Source of the DNA: Nitrospinota bacterium
GTDB lineage: Bacteria > UBA8248
Reading direction: 5' to 3'
DNA length: 64,000 bases
Assembly (NCBI GenBank): GCA_036231405.1
Contig: JAZAHK010000003.1
Location: forward strand, 96,001-160,000
How positions within the stretch are numbered: position 1 is the first letter of the stretch; each line of letters begins with the position of its first letter. The translations under genes and the position numbers were made by a program. The notes below the pieces were generated by a model. The model did not search any database. It was given only the letters and a program-made list of their open reading frames with translations, and had not been told where the DNA came from. Below, piece after piece: positions 8,718 through 18,065 of the stretch.

Positions 8718-10274
8718 ATGTATGGAATCGCTGCTACACGTCCCGAAGCAGTTAATGCCGGCATGTGCATTTTAGAACAAGGCGGAAACGCATTTGATGC
8801 GGCAATTACGGTTTCCCTTACCCTTGGAGTTACTGAGCCCTTTTACTCTGGAGTAGGAGGGGGTGGAGTTTCCCTTCTATGGAATGAAAAAGAAAAAAAA
8901 ATATCCTTCATTGATTTCGGAAATGAATGTTCAAGTCAAGTTACTTCTTCTATGTTCGATTGTGATAAAGTTGGAAAACATCTGAACGACCAACACAATC
9001 GTGGGTATCTTTCCATACTGGTTCCTGGTTTATTAAAGGGCTTAGAAATCATTTATAGTAGGTTTTCCAGTATGGATTGGGAAACTCTTTTTAAGGATCC
9101 AATTAAGTTCGCGAGAAATGGATTTGAGGTCAATTCTTTCTATGAACTACAGTCAAAGGAAAAACGTTTCACTGAAATGTTAGAACAATTTTCCCATCTT
9201 AGAAAAATCCATTCTAAAGATGGAACTCTACATAAATTAGGTTCTTTCATAAAACAACCTGAACTTGCAGAAAGTCTTAATATAATAGCTAAAGAAGGAA
9301 GTAATGTATTTTATAACGGTGAAATAGGTCATATGATTTCTGAAGAAATGAATAACGGAAAAGGACCTTTGAGTTTCAAAGATCTCGTATCCTACAGAAT
9401 CAGGGAGCCGAAACCGCTAGAGGGAGCATACGATAACCTAAAGTATTTCACTGCCCCCTTGCCTTCCTGTGGACTGTTATTGATTCAAATATTGAATCTC
9501 TTTGAATTACAAACAAAAAAAATAAAAAATATTAGCGAATTAGAAATCTCTAAAATGCTTGCAAAAGCAATGAAACTTGCTTTTAAAGACCGATTTTTAT
9601 TATACGGAGACCCTAAATTCTTAGAAACTGATTTTGATAACTTATTAACTAAAAGCTATGCAGCAAAACTAATTAACTCGCAAAAAGAACCAGATGTTCA
9701 TATACATGATTCTGAAATAGGATCTACAACACACTTCACAATTATTGACAAATACGGAAATGCTGTCTGTCAAACCCAGACACTTGGTGCAGCTTGGGGT
9801 TCTGGAGTGATAGTTCCGGGAACTGGAATTCTACTCAATAATCATACAAATTGGATGGATCCACGTCCAAATAAACCAAACAATATTCTCCCAGGGAAAA
9901 GGCCTGTAGCTGGATTCGCACCAACATTAATCTTCAAAGAAAACAAACTACAAACTGCTATTGGAAGCCCAGGTTCATATCGAATACCTACTGCCATAGC
10001 CCAAGTTATATTGAATCAACACCACCTCAAAATGAATCTTGCAGATGCAATTAATAAAAACAGAATGCACTGTGATATAGGTCCTCTATATCTTGAAGGA
10101 GAACAAAATCGAAAATTAGAGAAGGAGCTTCAAGATTTGAAATTTAATCTATCACGCAAACAATATCCAAGTCACTTTTTTGGGGGAATACACGCAATAG
10201 AAAAACTAGGCAATGGAAAATTAGAAGCGTGTGGAGACCTTAGGCGAAATGGAACCGCCATGACTAAAATTTAA
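8718..10274 (+). CDS. Gamma-glutamyltransferase-family Ntn hydrolase (divergent active site)
   Basis: GGNAFDAA, SGVGGGG, VPG, STTHFTIID (Thr nucleophile), GSGVIVPGTGILLNN, D.RR.G C-terminus; no signal peptide seen. Confidence 0.9.
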   Translation: MYGIAATRPEAVNAGMCILEQGGNAFDAAITVSLTLGVTEPFYSGVGGGGVSLLWNEKEKKISFIDFGNECSSQVTSSMFDCDKVGKHLNDQHNRGYLSILVPGLLKGLEIIYSRFSSMDWETLFKDPIKFARNGFEVNSFYELQSKEKRFTEMLEQFSHLRKIHSKDGTLHKLGSFIKQPELAESLNIIAKEGSNVFYNGEIGHMISEEMNNGKGPLSFKDLVSYRIREPKPLEGAYDNLKYFTAPLPSCGLLLIQILNLFELQTKKIKNISELEISKMLAKAMKLAFKDRFLLYGDPKFLETDFDNLLTKSYAAKLINSQKEPDVHIHDSEIGSTTHFTIIDKYGNAVCQTQTLGAAWGSGVIVPGTGILLNNHTNWMDPRPNKPNNILPGKRPVAGFAPTLIFKENKLQTAIGSPGSYRIPTAIAQVILNQHHLKMNLADAINKNRMHCDIGPLYLEGEQNRKLEKELQDLKFNLSRKQYPSHFFGGIHAIEKLGNGKLEACGDLRRNGTAMTKI

Positions 10275-10378
10275 TTTACGTCCTTCCTTCAATTTAAACA
10301 AAACATAATGTTAAAATCCTTAAAGATAATTTTATATCTCTATCAACATTTTTTTATCTTCAAGAAGAGGTCCTTATC

Positions 10379-11362
10379 ATGAGATCTATGCGTGTACATA
10401 AGTATAGTGAATCACTTGAACAACCATTAAGTCTAGATGAAATTCCTAAACCAATTCCTGCCCCTGATGAAATTTTAGTAAAAGTCAATGCAATAGGGGT
10501 TAATCCCATAGAACTATCCATACGAAAAGGCTTTCCTAACTACGTTGCCTCACTAACATTACCTCATCTGTTGGGAACTGAATTTGCAGGAAATGTAGTA
10601 CATTGCGGCGAAAAATCTAAAAAATTTAGAGAAGGAGACATGGTTTTTGGTTCAACTGCAAAAAGAGATACATATGCAGAATTTGTAGCCGTAGATGAAA
10701 AAACAACGTCAAAAATACCTGAACAATTTAACTTTTCAACCGCTGCGGCTTTTCCTGTTGCATTTCAAACGGCTTGGCATGCACTTGTTTTTAGAGCAAA
10801 AGTTACCCCTGGAGAAGTCGTACTTGTGCAAGGTGGGGCTGGAGGAGTTGGAACTGCATGCATCCAACTAGCTAAAGCAATGGGTTGTATAGTTATCTCT
10901 ACAGTGAGTTCGAGAGAAAAAGGAGAATACTGTAAAAAAAATGGAGCTGATTTTATCATAAATTACAAAGAGGATGATTTTGTTAAAATTTGTAAAGAAA
11001 TAACAAATGACAAAGGAATAGATGCAATTGTTGAACTTGCAGCCTGTGACAACTTTGACAAGGATTTGGATGCAATTTCAATTCGCGGAAGAATAGTACT
11101 AGTTGGAATGGGAACAGGGAAAGGACCCGAGACAGTTTTCAAAGTTTCTCTTCTAATGGGGAAAAATGCCAATGTTTTTGGAATAACCGCAAAGAACCTG
11201 GGCGCTCAGATTCCTGAAATTAATGAGAAACTAAATTCTCTTCTTCCTCATACGAATTTTAGTATCCCTGTTTTCAAAGAAATGCCACTTGAAAACGCGA
11301 ATGAGTGTCACGAACTACTTGAAAGTGGGAAATTTACTGGAAAACTAATACTAATTCCTTAA
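10379..11362 (+). CDS. NADPH:quinone oxidoreductase / Zn-independent MDR family reductase
   Basis: GVNPIE, LGTEFAG, TAWHAL, VLVQGGAGGVG, GKLIL. Confidence 0.9.
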   Translation: MRSMRVHKYSESLEQPLSLDEIPKPIPAPDEILVKVNAIGVNPIELSIRKGFPNYVASLTLPHLLGTEFAGNVVHCGEKSKKFREGDMVFGSTAKRDTYAEFVAVDEKTTSKIPEQFNFSTAAAFPVAFQTAWHALVFRAKVTPGEVVLVQGGAGGVGTACIQLAKAMGCIVISTVSSREKGEYCKKNGADFIINYKEDDFVKICKEITNDKGIDAIVELAACDNFDKDLDAISIRGRIVLVGMGTGKGPETVFKVSLLMGKNANVFGITAKNLGAQIPEINEKLNSLLPHTNFSIPVFKEMPLENANECHELLESGKFTGKLILIP

Positions 11363-11383
11363 GATCAATAAAAGGATTCATTA

Positions 11384-11821
11384 ATGGAAAAACCCGATTT
11401 CTCCTGGGAAAACTTGAATATTGGAATGATTATTGGAGAACGAAAAATCACGCTCACCCAAGATTCTCTTTCTAATTACTGTAATGCTTTAGGATTACAG
11501 GAGACATTTTATAGTACAGGTTCCCCTTACCGAAATCCTATTGCTCCACCCATGATTTTTGTAAATGATTTATTAGCTATATATGATCAAAATTTCAAAC
11601 GATTTGGAACTATACATGCAGCCTTATCGTATGAGTTTTATGCCCCTATTTTTTTGGATAAGATATATCATCAAAAAGTTACTGTAAGCGACCTCTTTAT
11701 TAAACGCCAAAAGGGATGGATTATCAGTGAACTTATGATAAGAAATGAAGAAGAAAAAGAAGTCGTAAGATCCCTACATACATCAGTCCTTAGTCTTACA
11801 AGGGAACATCAGTCTAATTAA
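11384..11821 (+). CDS. Hot-dog fold MaoC-like dehydratase subunit (HadA-like)
   Basis: PIAPP, IHAALSYEFYAPI, FIKRQKGW; paired with the downstream MaoC gene. Confidence 0.65.
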   Translation: MEKPDFSWENLNIGMIIGERKITLTQDSLSNYCNALGLQETFYSTGSPYRNPIAPPMIFVNDLLAIYDQNFKRFGTIHAALSYEFYAPIFLDKIYHQKVTVSDLFIKRQKGWIISELMIRNEEEKEVVRSLHTSVLSLTREHQSN

Positions 11822-11834
11822 ACAGGAAAATTCT

Positions 11835-12263
11835 ATGAATAATGAACGATCATTAAATCCTAATGACTCTTTAGATTCGACCAGATATGAAATTGGTCAT
11901 GAAGAAATTAAAAACTTCAACCGATTAGTCACAGAAGGGAAAGATACCAAAAACATTCACACGGATGATGCAATTGCACAAAAAGCAGGACTTCCAAGAG
12001 CAGTTGCCACTGGAAGGCACCCTGTCTGTTTCATCGCAGAGGAAATGACAAAAGTTTTTGGAAAAGGTTTCATCGAAAACGGGAATTTAGACGTGAAATT
12101 TATAAAACCTATTTTCCCAGGAGATACGATCAAGATTAAGTTCGAATTTTATGCTAAGGAAGCATTTCAAGAATTCGAAAAGTTTACCTTTAATGTTTCT
12201 ATTAAGAATCAAGACGGAGAAACAGTTACAAAAGGAATTACTTCCGGAATTAAGACCAAGTGA
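11835..12263 (+). CDS. MaoC family dehydratase
   Basis: NIHTDDAIAQKAGLPRAVATG, VKFIKPIFPGD, NQDGETV. Confidence 0.85.
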   Translation: MNNERSLNPNDSLDSTRYEIGHEEIKNFNRLVTEGKDTKNIHTDDAIAQKAGLPRAVATGRHPVCFIAEEMTKVFGKGFIENGNLDVKFIKPIFPGDTIKIKFEFYAKEAFQEFEKFTFNVSIKNQDGETVTKGITSGIKTK

Positions 12264-12267
12264 AAAT

Positions 12268-14382
12268 ATGAAAAATAAACAGCTCAGCAAGCTTTTTTCT
12301 CCCAAATCAATAGCGGTGGTAGGAGCGTCATCAGATTTATATCGATTTGGAGGAATCCCGATTCGACTAACAAAAGATTATGGATTTGAAGGTAACATTT
12401 ATCCTATTAATCCCAATCATAGAGAAATCTACGGATTAAAATGTTATCCGAATATTTCTTCCCTACCTGAAACCCCAGATTTCGCGCTTTTCTGCACACG
12501 CAGGGAGAAAATCATTCCATCTTTGAAAGAATGCGCAGAAAGAGGAGTAGGAGTCTCCGTCGTGATGACCTCTGGTTTTAAAGAAACTGGTGAAAAAGGA
12601 GCAAATCTTCAGAAGGAGATGGTCGAAATTGCATCAAAATCAGGGATGAGATTACTTGGACCTAATTGCATGGGAGTAGTACACGTAAGAGCTAAGCTTT
12701 TGGCCACATTTACGATTTCAATTCGAGAAGATAAAAAACTGCACCCTGGCTCAATTGCTATAATAACTCAGAGCGGAGCAATAGGTGCTTGTATGCTTAG
12801 CTCTTTTCAGGAGAGTTCCATCGGTATCAGTTCCCTAGTAAGTCTAGGGAATGAATCTGATGTAGATTTTTCAGATTGCGCAGACTACTTCCTTGATGAC
12901 AAAAACACCAAAGTCATTTGCGGATATCTTGAGTCTGTAAGAAATGGGGGGAAACTAAAAAAAACTGCACAAAAGGCGCTAAGAAAAGGAAAACCTATAG
13001 TACTTTTTAAAGGAGGTTCTACAGAAGAGGGTGCACGAGCAGCCGTGAGTCATACAGCCGCTCTCACAACAGAAAATAAGGTGTTCGAAGCTTTCGCCGA
13101 ACAATTTGGCATTCAGGTTTGTCATTCATACGATGAGATTATTGAAACTGTTGAATTTCTAGCTGATAGAAAAAAAATTAAAGGAAATCGATTAGGTCTT
13201 TTAAGTTTTTCAGGAGGTTTTGGTTCTCTGTGTGCAGATCTTGCCGTAGAAAATGGTTTTACAGTTCCTCCTATTTCAGAAAAAACGCAAAAGAAAGTAC
13301 GAAAACATCTCTCCGAATATGCCCCAGTGGACAATCCAGTCGACTTAGTCTCTTTATTAGTTAGCAGGCCAGGACAGAGCCCACTCCAAGAAGTGGCGAA
13401 AAATATTATTAACGATCGAAATATAGATGCACTATGTGTTGTTATGGGAATATACCATCATGTTGGAGGTAAAATTGCTGAAGATTTTACAAAAATTTTC
13501 AAAAATTCCAAAAAACCTGTCTCGTTAGTGTGGGTATCCGGCCCTGTAAAGGAGATTCAAAAATTAAGGGGAAATGGAATTCCTGTTTTTAAAGACCACT
13601 TGAGAGCAATCAGAGGACTATCCTCTCTTCTTGACCTAGAGAGAAAAAGAGAATCCTTAGAAACTCTTTTCGATTTCGAAAAGAAAACAAATGATAGGAG
13701 AAAAGAGAAAGCGCGTAAATTAATAAGTTCCAGTTCTATAGGAAAAAATGGAATACTCCCTTTGGAAACTTCTCTAATTTTACTAGATCTATATAAAATC
13801 AAAAAAGCTGAAACAAAAATAGTGAATTCAGTAAAAGAAGCTATTCAAATTTGGGAAAAAAATAAGGTTCCGATTGCTCTGAAAATTCATTCGGAAATTT
13901 TCACTCATAAAACCGAAATTAAAGGCATCGCTGTAAATTTAGACAATGCAATGCAGATCAGAGAAAAAGCAAATGAATTTATGCAAATTTCAGAGAAGGA
14001 ACAAATTATAGCCCAAGAAATGATTCAAGATAATGGTGTTGAGATTCTTGCTGGCATTTCATTGGACAACAGTTTTGGATTATGTATGTCTATTGGTTTA
14101 GGTGGCATTTTTGTAGAAACGTTAAAAGAAATAACAAGAGTTCTCCCACCTGTTAGCCCAGAAACAGTAACTAAGTTAATAAAAAAAATAAAAGGGGCAG
14201 ATATTTTTGATGGATTTCGTGGAAACAAAAAACTTCATTTAATATCGTTAGCAAGGTCAATCTCAAATCTTTCTCTAATGGCTGTAGAATTGTCAGATTT
14301 GATTTCAGAGGTCGATATCAATCCAATAATCGTGACCTCAAAAGGTGCATATGCGGTAGATGTTAGAATTTTTTCAAAATAA
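12268..14382 (+). CDS. ADP-forming acetate/acyl-CoA ligase (CoA-binding plus ATP-grasp domains)
   Basis: PKSIAVVGAS, LLGPNCMG, TQSGA, SLGNE, SHTAAL phospho-His, NPVD, HKTE, GLGGIFVE, DINP; start MKNKQL at 12268. Confidence 0.92.
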   Translation: MKNKQLSKLFSPKSIAVVGASSDLYRFGGIPIRLTKDYGFEGNIYPINPNHREIYGLKCYPNISSLPETPDFALFCTRREKIIPSLKECAERGVGVSVVMTSGFKETGEKGANLQKEMVEIASKSGMRLLGPNCMGVVHVRAKLLATFTISIREDKKLHPGSIAIITQSGAIGACMLSSFQESSIGISSLVSLGNESDVDFSDCADYFLDDKNTKVICGYLESVRNGGKLKKTAQKALRKGKPIVLFKGGSTEEGARAAVSHTAALTTENKVFEAFAEQFGIQVCHSYDEIIETVEFLADRKKIKGNRLGLLSFSGGFGSLCADLAVENGFTVPPISEKTQKKVRKHLSEYAPVDNPVDLVSLLVSRPGQSPLQEVAKNIINDRNIDALCVVMGIYHHVGGKIAEDFTKIFKNSKKPVSLVWVSGPVKEIQKLRGNGIPVFKDHLRAIRGLSSLLDLERKRESLETLFDFEKKTNDRRKEKARKLISSSSIGKNGILPLETSLILLDLYKIKKAETKIVNSVKEAIQIWEKNKVPIALKIHSEIFTHKTEIKGIAVNLDNAMQIREKANEFMQISEKEQIIAQEMIQDNGVEILAGISLDNSFGLCMSIGLGGIFVETLKEITRVLPPVSPETVTKLIKKIKGADIFDGFRGNKKLHLISLARSISNLSLMAVELSDLISEVDINPIIVTSKGAYAVDVRIFSK

Positions 14383-14392
14383 AGAGAATAAA

Positions 14393-14827
14393 ATGAGAAA
14401 CCGAATTACTGCTGAAATTTCATCTCTAGTCGGCAAAAAATATGGTCCTTTTAAGGTTTTCATAGAAAGTGGCGCTATAGAAAAGTTTGCAGATGCAATA
14501 GGAGATGAAAATCCATCTCATCAGGGACAAAATGCAATTGCACCCCCTACATTCCCAACAACATTCCGTCCTAAAGAACCATTCCCTGATTTTCCAGAAA
14601 ATTACGGAGACGTAGGTTTGCACGCTTCTCAAACATACGAATACAAAAGACCAATTGTTGCAGGTGATAAAATCGACGTAACTATGACCATTTCAAATAT
14701 TTATCAAAAAGATGGGAAATCTGGAGAATTAGTTTTTATGGAAAGAGACTATTCCTTCATCGATTCAAAGACTAACAAAAAAATAGGGAGCGCAAAATGG
14801 GTCACACTCCGAAGATTTAATAAATGA
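14393..14827 (+). CDS. MaoC-family dehydratase N-terminal-type subunit (HadA-like)
   Basis: IEKFADAIGDENP, APPTF, LHASQTYEYKRPI, KDGKSGELVF. Confidence 0.85.
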   Translation: MRNRITAEISSLVGKKYGPFKVFIESGAIEKFADAIGDENPSHQGQNAIAPPTFPTTFRPKEPFPDFPENYGDVGLHASQTYEYKRPIVAGDKIDVTMTISNIYQKDGKSGELVFMERDYSFIDSKTNKKIGSAKWVTLRRFNK

Positions 14828-14834
14828 GGGAAAA

Positions 14835-15236
14835 ATGAAATTTCAAAAAAATCAGGTAATGCCTGATTATACCAAAAAAGCCATAACGAAAGTTCAACTT
14901 GTAAAATACGCTGGCGCCAGCGGAGATTTCAATCCTTTACATTTTGATGAAGAGTTTGCGCAAAAGAGAGGGTTAAAAAAACTTATTGCACACGGAATGT
15001 TGTCAATGGGATTCCTTTCTGAATATGCTGAATCCATTTTTGGTGTCGGAAAAATAAAAAAAATACACGTCAATTTCAAATCAATGGTTTTTATAGGAGA
15101 AGAAATCACTTGCTATGGAATAATCAATTCCATAGACTTTTACAACAACAGAGAGTTTGCTTCATGTTCAATAGAAGCTAAAAATAAAGAAGGAAATATT
15201 GTGACTTCTGGATTAGTAGAAGCCTGGTCAAAATAA
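14835..15236 (+). CDS. MaoC family dehydratase (HadB-like)
   Basis: LVKYAGASGDFNPLHFD and IAHGM hydratase motif. Confidence 0.9.
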   Translation: MKFQKNQVMPDYTKKAITKVQLVKYAGASGDFNPLHFDEEFAQKRGLKKLIAHGMLSMGFLSEYAESIFGVGKIKKIHVNFKSMVFIGEEITCYGIINSIDFYNNREFASCSIEAKNKEGNIVTSGLVEAWSK

Positions 15237-15255
15237 TTTTAGGAGAGAAAATTCT

Positions 15256-15999
15256 ATGCGATTAAAAGGTAAAAATGCAGTTGTAACTGGGGCTGCACAA
15301 GGTATTGGTAGAGCAGTTTGTGAAAAGTTTTCCTTAGAAGGAGCAAATGTGATCGCTGTAGATCTAAATGAAGAAGAAGGTAAAAAAACATCAGAAATTA
15401 TCCGTGAACAAGGAGGTTCATGTTCATTTTTCAAAGCAAACATTGGCAATCTTGAAGAGGTCGAATCAGCAATTGAGGAATGCGAAAGTCAATACGGGGA
15501 CCTCGACATAATTGTTAATAATGCAGGAATCGTTCGTGCAGCAATGCTACATAAAATGAAAGAATCAGATTGGGATGATGTAATCAATGTGCATCTCAAA
15601 GGTACTTGGAACGGAATTCATGCAGCATCAAAAAAAATGATCCCTCGAAAAGGAGGACGCATCATAAATGTGACTTCTGGTGCAGGCCTTAGAGGGACAA
15701 TTGGTCAAATAAATTATTCTTCTGCAAAAATGGGAATCGTGGGAGCAACAAAAAGCGCTGCGAGGGAACTCGGGAGATATAGTATTACGGTAAATTGCAT
15801 TTCTCCCGCAGCCATTACACCAATGACAGAGACAATCCGTACTGACGAGCGCTTTGAAAAAACATATCTCGATAGAATATGTCTTGGCAGATGGGGAGAA
15901 GCAGAAGAGATGGCCGCAGGCTTCCTATTTTTAGCTTCGGATGAGTCAAGTTATGTAACCGGAATTGTTCTAAGAGTTGACGGTGGATTAGGCATGTAA
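15256..15999 (+). CDS. FabG-like 3-oxoacyl reductase (SDR)
   Basis: TGAAQGIG, NNAGI, GQINYSSAK, VDGG. Confidence 0.9.
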   Translation: MRLKGKNAVVTGAAQGIGRAVCEKFSLEGANVIAVDLNEEEGKKTSEIIREQGGSCSFFKANIGNLEEVESAIEECESQYGDLDIIVNNAGIVRAAMLHKMKESDWDDVINVHLKGTWNGIHAASKKMIPRKGGRIINVTSGAGLRGTIGQINYSSAKMGIVGATKSAARELGRYSITVNCISPAAITPMTETIRTDERFEKTYLDRICLGRWGEAEEMAAGFLFLASDESSYVTGIVLRVDGGLGM

Positions 16000-16006
16000 T
16001 GTAAAT

Positions 16007-16819
16007 CTAATGCTTAGATAAAAACTCTAGTATTATCTTGCTCGATTTCTCTGGTTGTTCAGAGTAAAAGTGATGGCCCGATTCTTCAATAATCGATAGT
16101 TCAGAGCCTGCTATACGTTCTGTAATCAACCTTGAATTCTCAGTGGGAACTAGAACATCATTCGAACCACAGATAACGAGAGTTGGTACTTTTAAATTTC
16201 GAATTTCCTCGGAAACATCACACTCGTCCATCCCTTTTATCCTTCTCTCTAATTCTTCCTTGCTATGGGGAAATTTTCTTTTATTATCATCATAGAACTT
16301 CACTACTTCAGGTCTGTTATCAATCGTATTCGGATGAAATAGTGTCTCTAAGGCTGCTCTCCTCTCTGCAGGAGTAGCAGTTGGAACTCCCCCTTTAGCT
16401 CTAGTTTCTCTTACACCAGGATTAGGTTTTATAGCATCTTTGCCCCCAAACTGTGAGCATGCAATTATCAAACTTTTCAATCTTTCTTGATTTTTAGTTG
16501 CAAATTCCTGGCAAATCATCCCTCCCATCGAACCTCCAAAAATATGAAACTTCTTAATGTTTAACCCATTAACAAGACTTAAGACATCCATAGAAAGTTT
16601 CGCTGGAGATCTGATTTCATCCTCATTCAAAATTTTAGTTCTTCCACTCCCCCTATTGTCAGCCATTATCAAACGATATTTTTTCGATAAAAGAGGCCTT
16701 AAACGTCCCCAAACCTCAACAGTCGCCGTGAACCCTCCGACCATCACTAAAGTCTCACCTTCTCCTTCTTCTTCATAATAAATCTCTAGTTCAGTTTCAT
16801 CACATTTCAAAAATGGCAA
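16007..16819 (-). CDS. Alpha/beta hydrolase (enol-lactonase-like)
   Basis: DNRGSGR, GGSMGG nucleophile elbow, GSND, SGH. Confidence 0.9.
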   Translation of the reverse strand: MPFLKCDETELEIYYEEEGEGETLVMVGGFTATVEVWGRLRPLLSKKYRLIMADNRGSGRTKILNEDEIRSPAKLSMDVLSLVNGLNIKKFHIFGGSMGGMICQEFATKNQERLKSLIIACSQFGGKDAIKPNPGVRETRAKGGVPTATPAERRAALETLFHPNTIDNRPEVVKFYDDNKRKFPHSKEELERRIKGMDECDVSEEIRNLKVPTLVICGSNDVLVPTENSRLITERIAGSELSIIEESGHHFYSEQPEKSSKIILEFLSKH

Positions 16820-16874
16820 GGATGCACCTCCTAAAAAACTAAGTAAAAAAATATCTATAGAATCATATCAAAAA

Positions 16875-16967
16875 AAAAGAGTAAATTTATAATGATAAAT
16901 TTACTTTTTTACATCCTGAAGAACTGATAGAATTAGATTTCTTTCTTAAACCGATTTATATAAATCG
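16875..16967. promoter_or_regulatory. Two palindromic operator-like sites in a divergent intergenic region
   Basis: AGTAAATTTAT-aatg-ATAAATTTACT (16880-16905) and the perfect palindrome CGATTTATATAAATCG (16952-16967). Confidence 0.45.
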
Positions 16968-16982
16968 AGGAAAGGCACAAAA

Positions 16983-18014
16983 ATGAAAGGCATGATTTTA
17001 AAAGAGTTTCAAAAACCTTTGATCATGGAAGAAGCACCTGACCCTCAAATAGGACCAAATCAAGTTCTTGTAAAATCTAAAAGTAATGGTCTTTGTGCCA
17101 CAGATCTAAAAATAGTTGATGGATTAATACAAACAGCCCCTACTCCATTAATGTTAGGTCATGAAAATGCAGGAGAAATTATAGAAGTTGGGAATGAAGT
17201 CACTGGATTCAGTACAGGAGACAGAGTAGTAGTTGTAAGCAAACAAACATGTGGCTATTGCCAAATGTGTAGACTTGGAAGCGAGGAGATGTGTTTAAAT
17301 TCTCCTGGAAGACTTGGGATAGAACTCCATGGAGGATTTGGAGAACTTGTTGCGGTTTCTGAGAGAAATCTCGTTAAAATTGGAGACAGCGTTAGTTCGT
17401 CTGCAGCCTGTTTGATAGGAGGAACACTTGGGTCACCACTTCACGCAATCAGGATGGCAAATGTTCAACTTGGAGAATATGCAGTAGTTTTTGGTGTAGG
17501 TGGGCTTGGTATTCATGCTCTTCAAATACTGAGATATTTGGGTGCAAATGTTATTGCAGTTGATATCAGTGAAGAAAAATTAACCGCAGCCAAAGAGCTG
17601 GGCGCAACCGAAATAATCAATGCTAGCAAAACAAATCCTGTAGAAGCTATATTAGATATTACAAATAGTTTGGGAGCTGATTTGGCATTAGAGATAGTTG
17701 GAGGATCTGCAGTTCCGATAGTTATTCAGCAATGTTTAGATCTACTAAAAAGAGGAGGAAGGCTTCTCATCCTTGGATATCATATGGGACAAACAGTTCC
17801 TATTGACCCAGCACAGTTGGTATACAAGTGGATACAAATAATTGCATCTCACAACCACACAGTGAAGGACGTTGCAGACGCAGCAAGCCTCGTAAATGAC
17901 GGAAGAGTTCAAGCCATTATTACTGATACAATCCCAATTGAAGAAGCAAACGACGCTTTCCAAATCCTAAGAGCTGGAGATCCCGTTGGTCGTTTAGTTT
18001 TGGAATGGTCTTAA
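16983..18014 (+). CDS. Zn-dependent alcohol dehydrogenase (MDR)
   Basis: GLCATD, GHE, CGYCQMC..C structural Zn site, GVGGLG. Confidence 0.92.
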   Translation: MKGMILKEFQKPLIMEEAPDPQIGPNQVLVKSKSNGLCATDLKIVDGLIQTAPTPLMLGHENAGEIIEVGNEVTGFSTGDRVVVVSKQTCGYCQMCRLGSEEMCLNSPGRLGIELHGGFGELVAVSERNLVKIGDSVSSSAACLIGGTLGSPLHAIRMANVQLGEYAVVFGVGGLGIHALQILRYLGANVIAVDISEEKLTAAKELGATEIINASKTNPVEAILDITNSLGADLALEIVGGSAVPIVIQQCLDLLKRGGRLLILGYHMGQTVPIDPAQLVYKWIQIIASHNHTVKDVADAASLVNDGRVQAIITDTIPIEEANDAFQILRAGDPVGRLVLEWS

Positions 18015-18065
18015 GACTTGATAGCTTTAATTAAACACTTCTTGTGAATGACTAGGGAGAATGAA

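Noticed and set aside
12151-12267. N-terminal extension of the acyl-CoA ligase ORF overlapping the MaoC gene
   Set aside because: Family homology starts at MKNKQL (12268), just after the upstream stop; the extension is an ORF-caller artefact.
6542-18014. Possible genomic island integrated at tRNA-Thr
   Set aside because: No integrase, no duplicated tRNA 3' end found by eye, and no obvious compositional shift.
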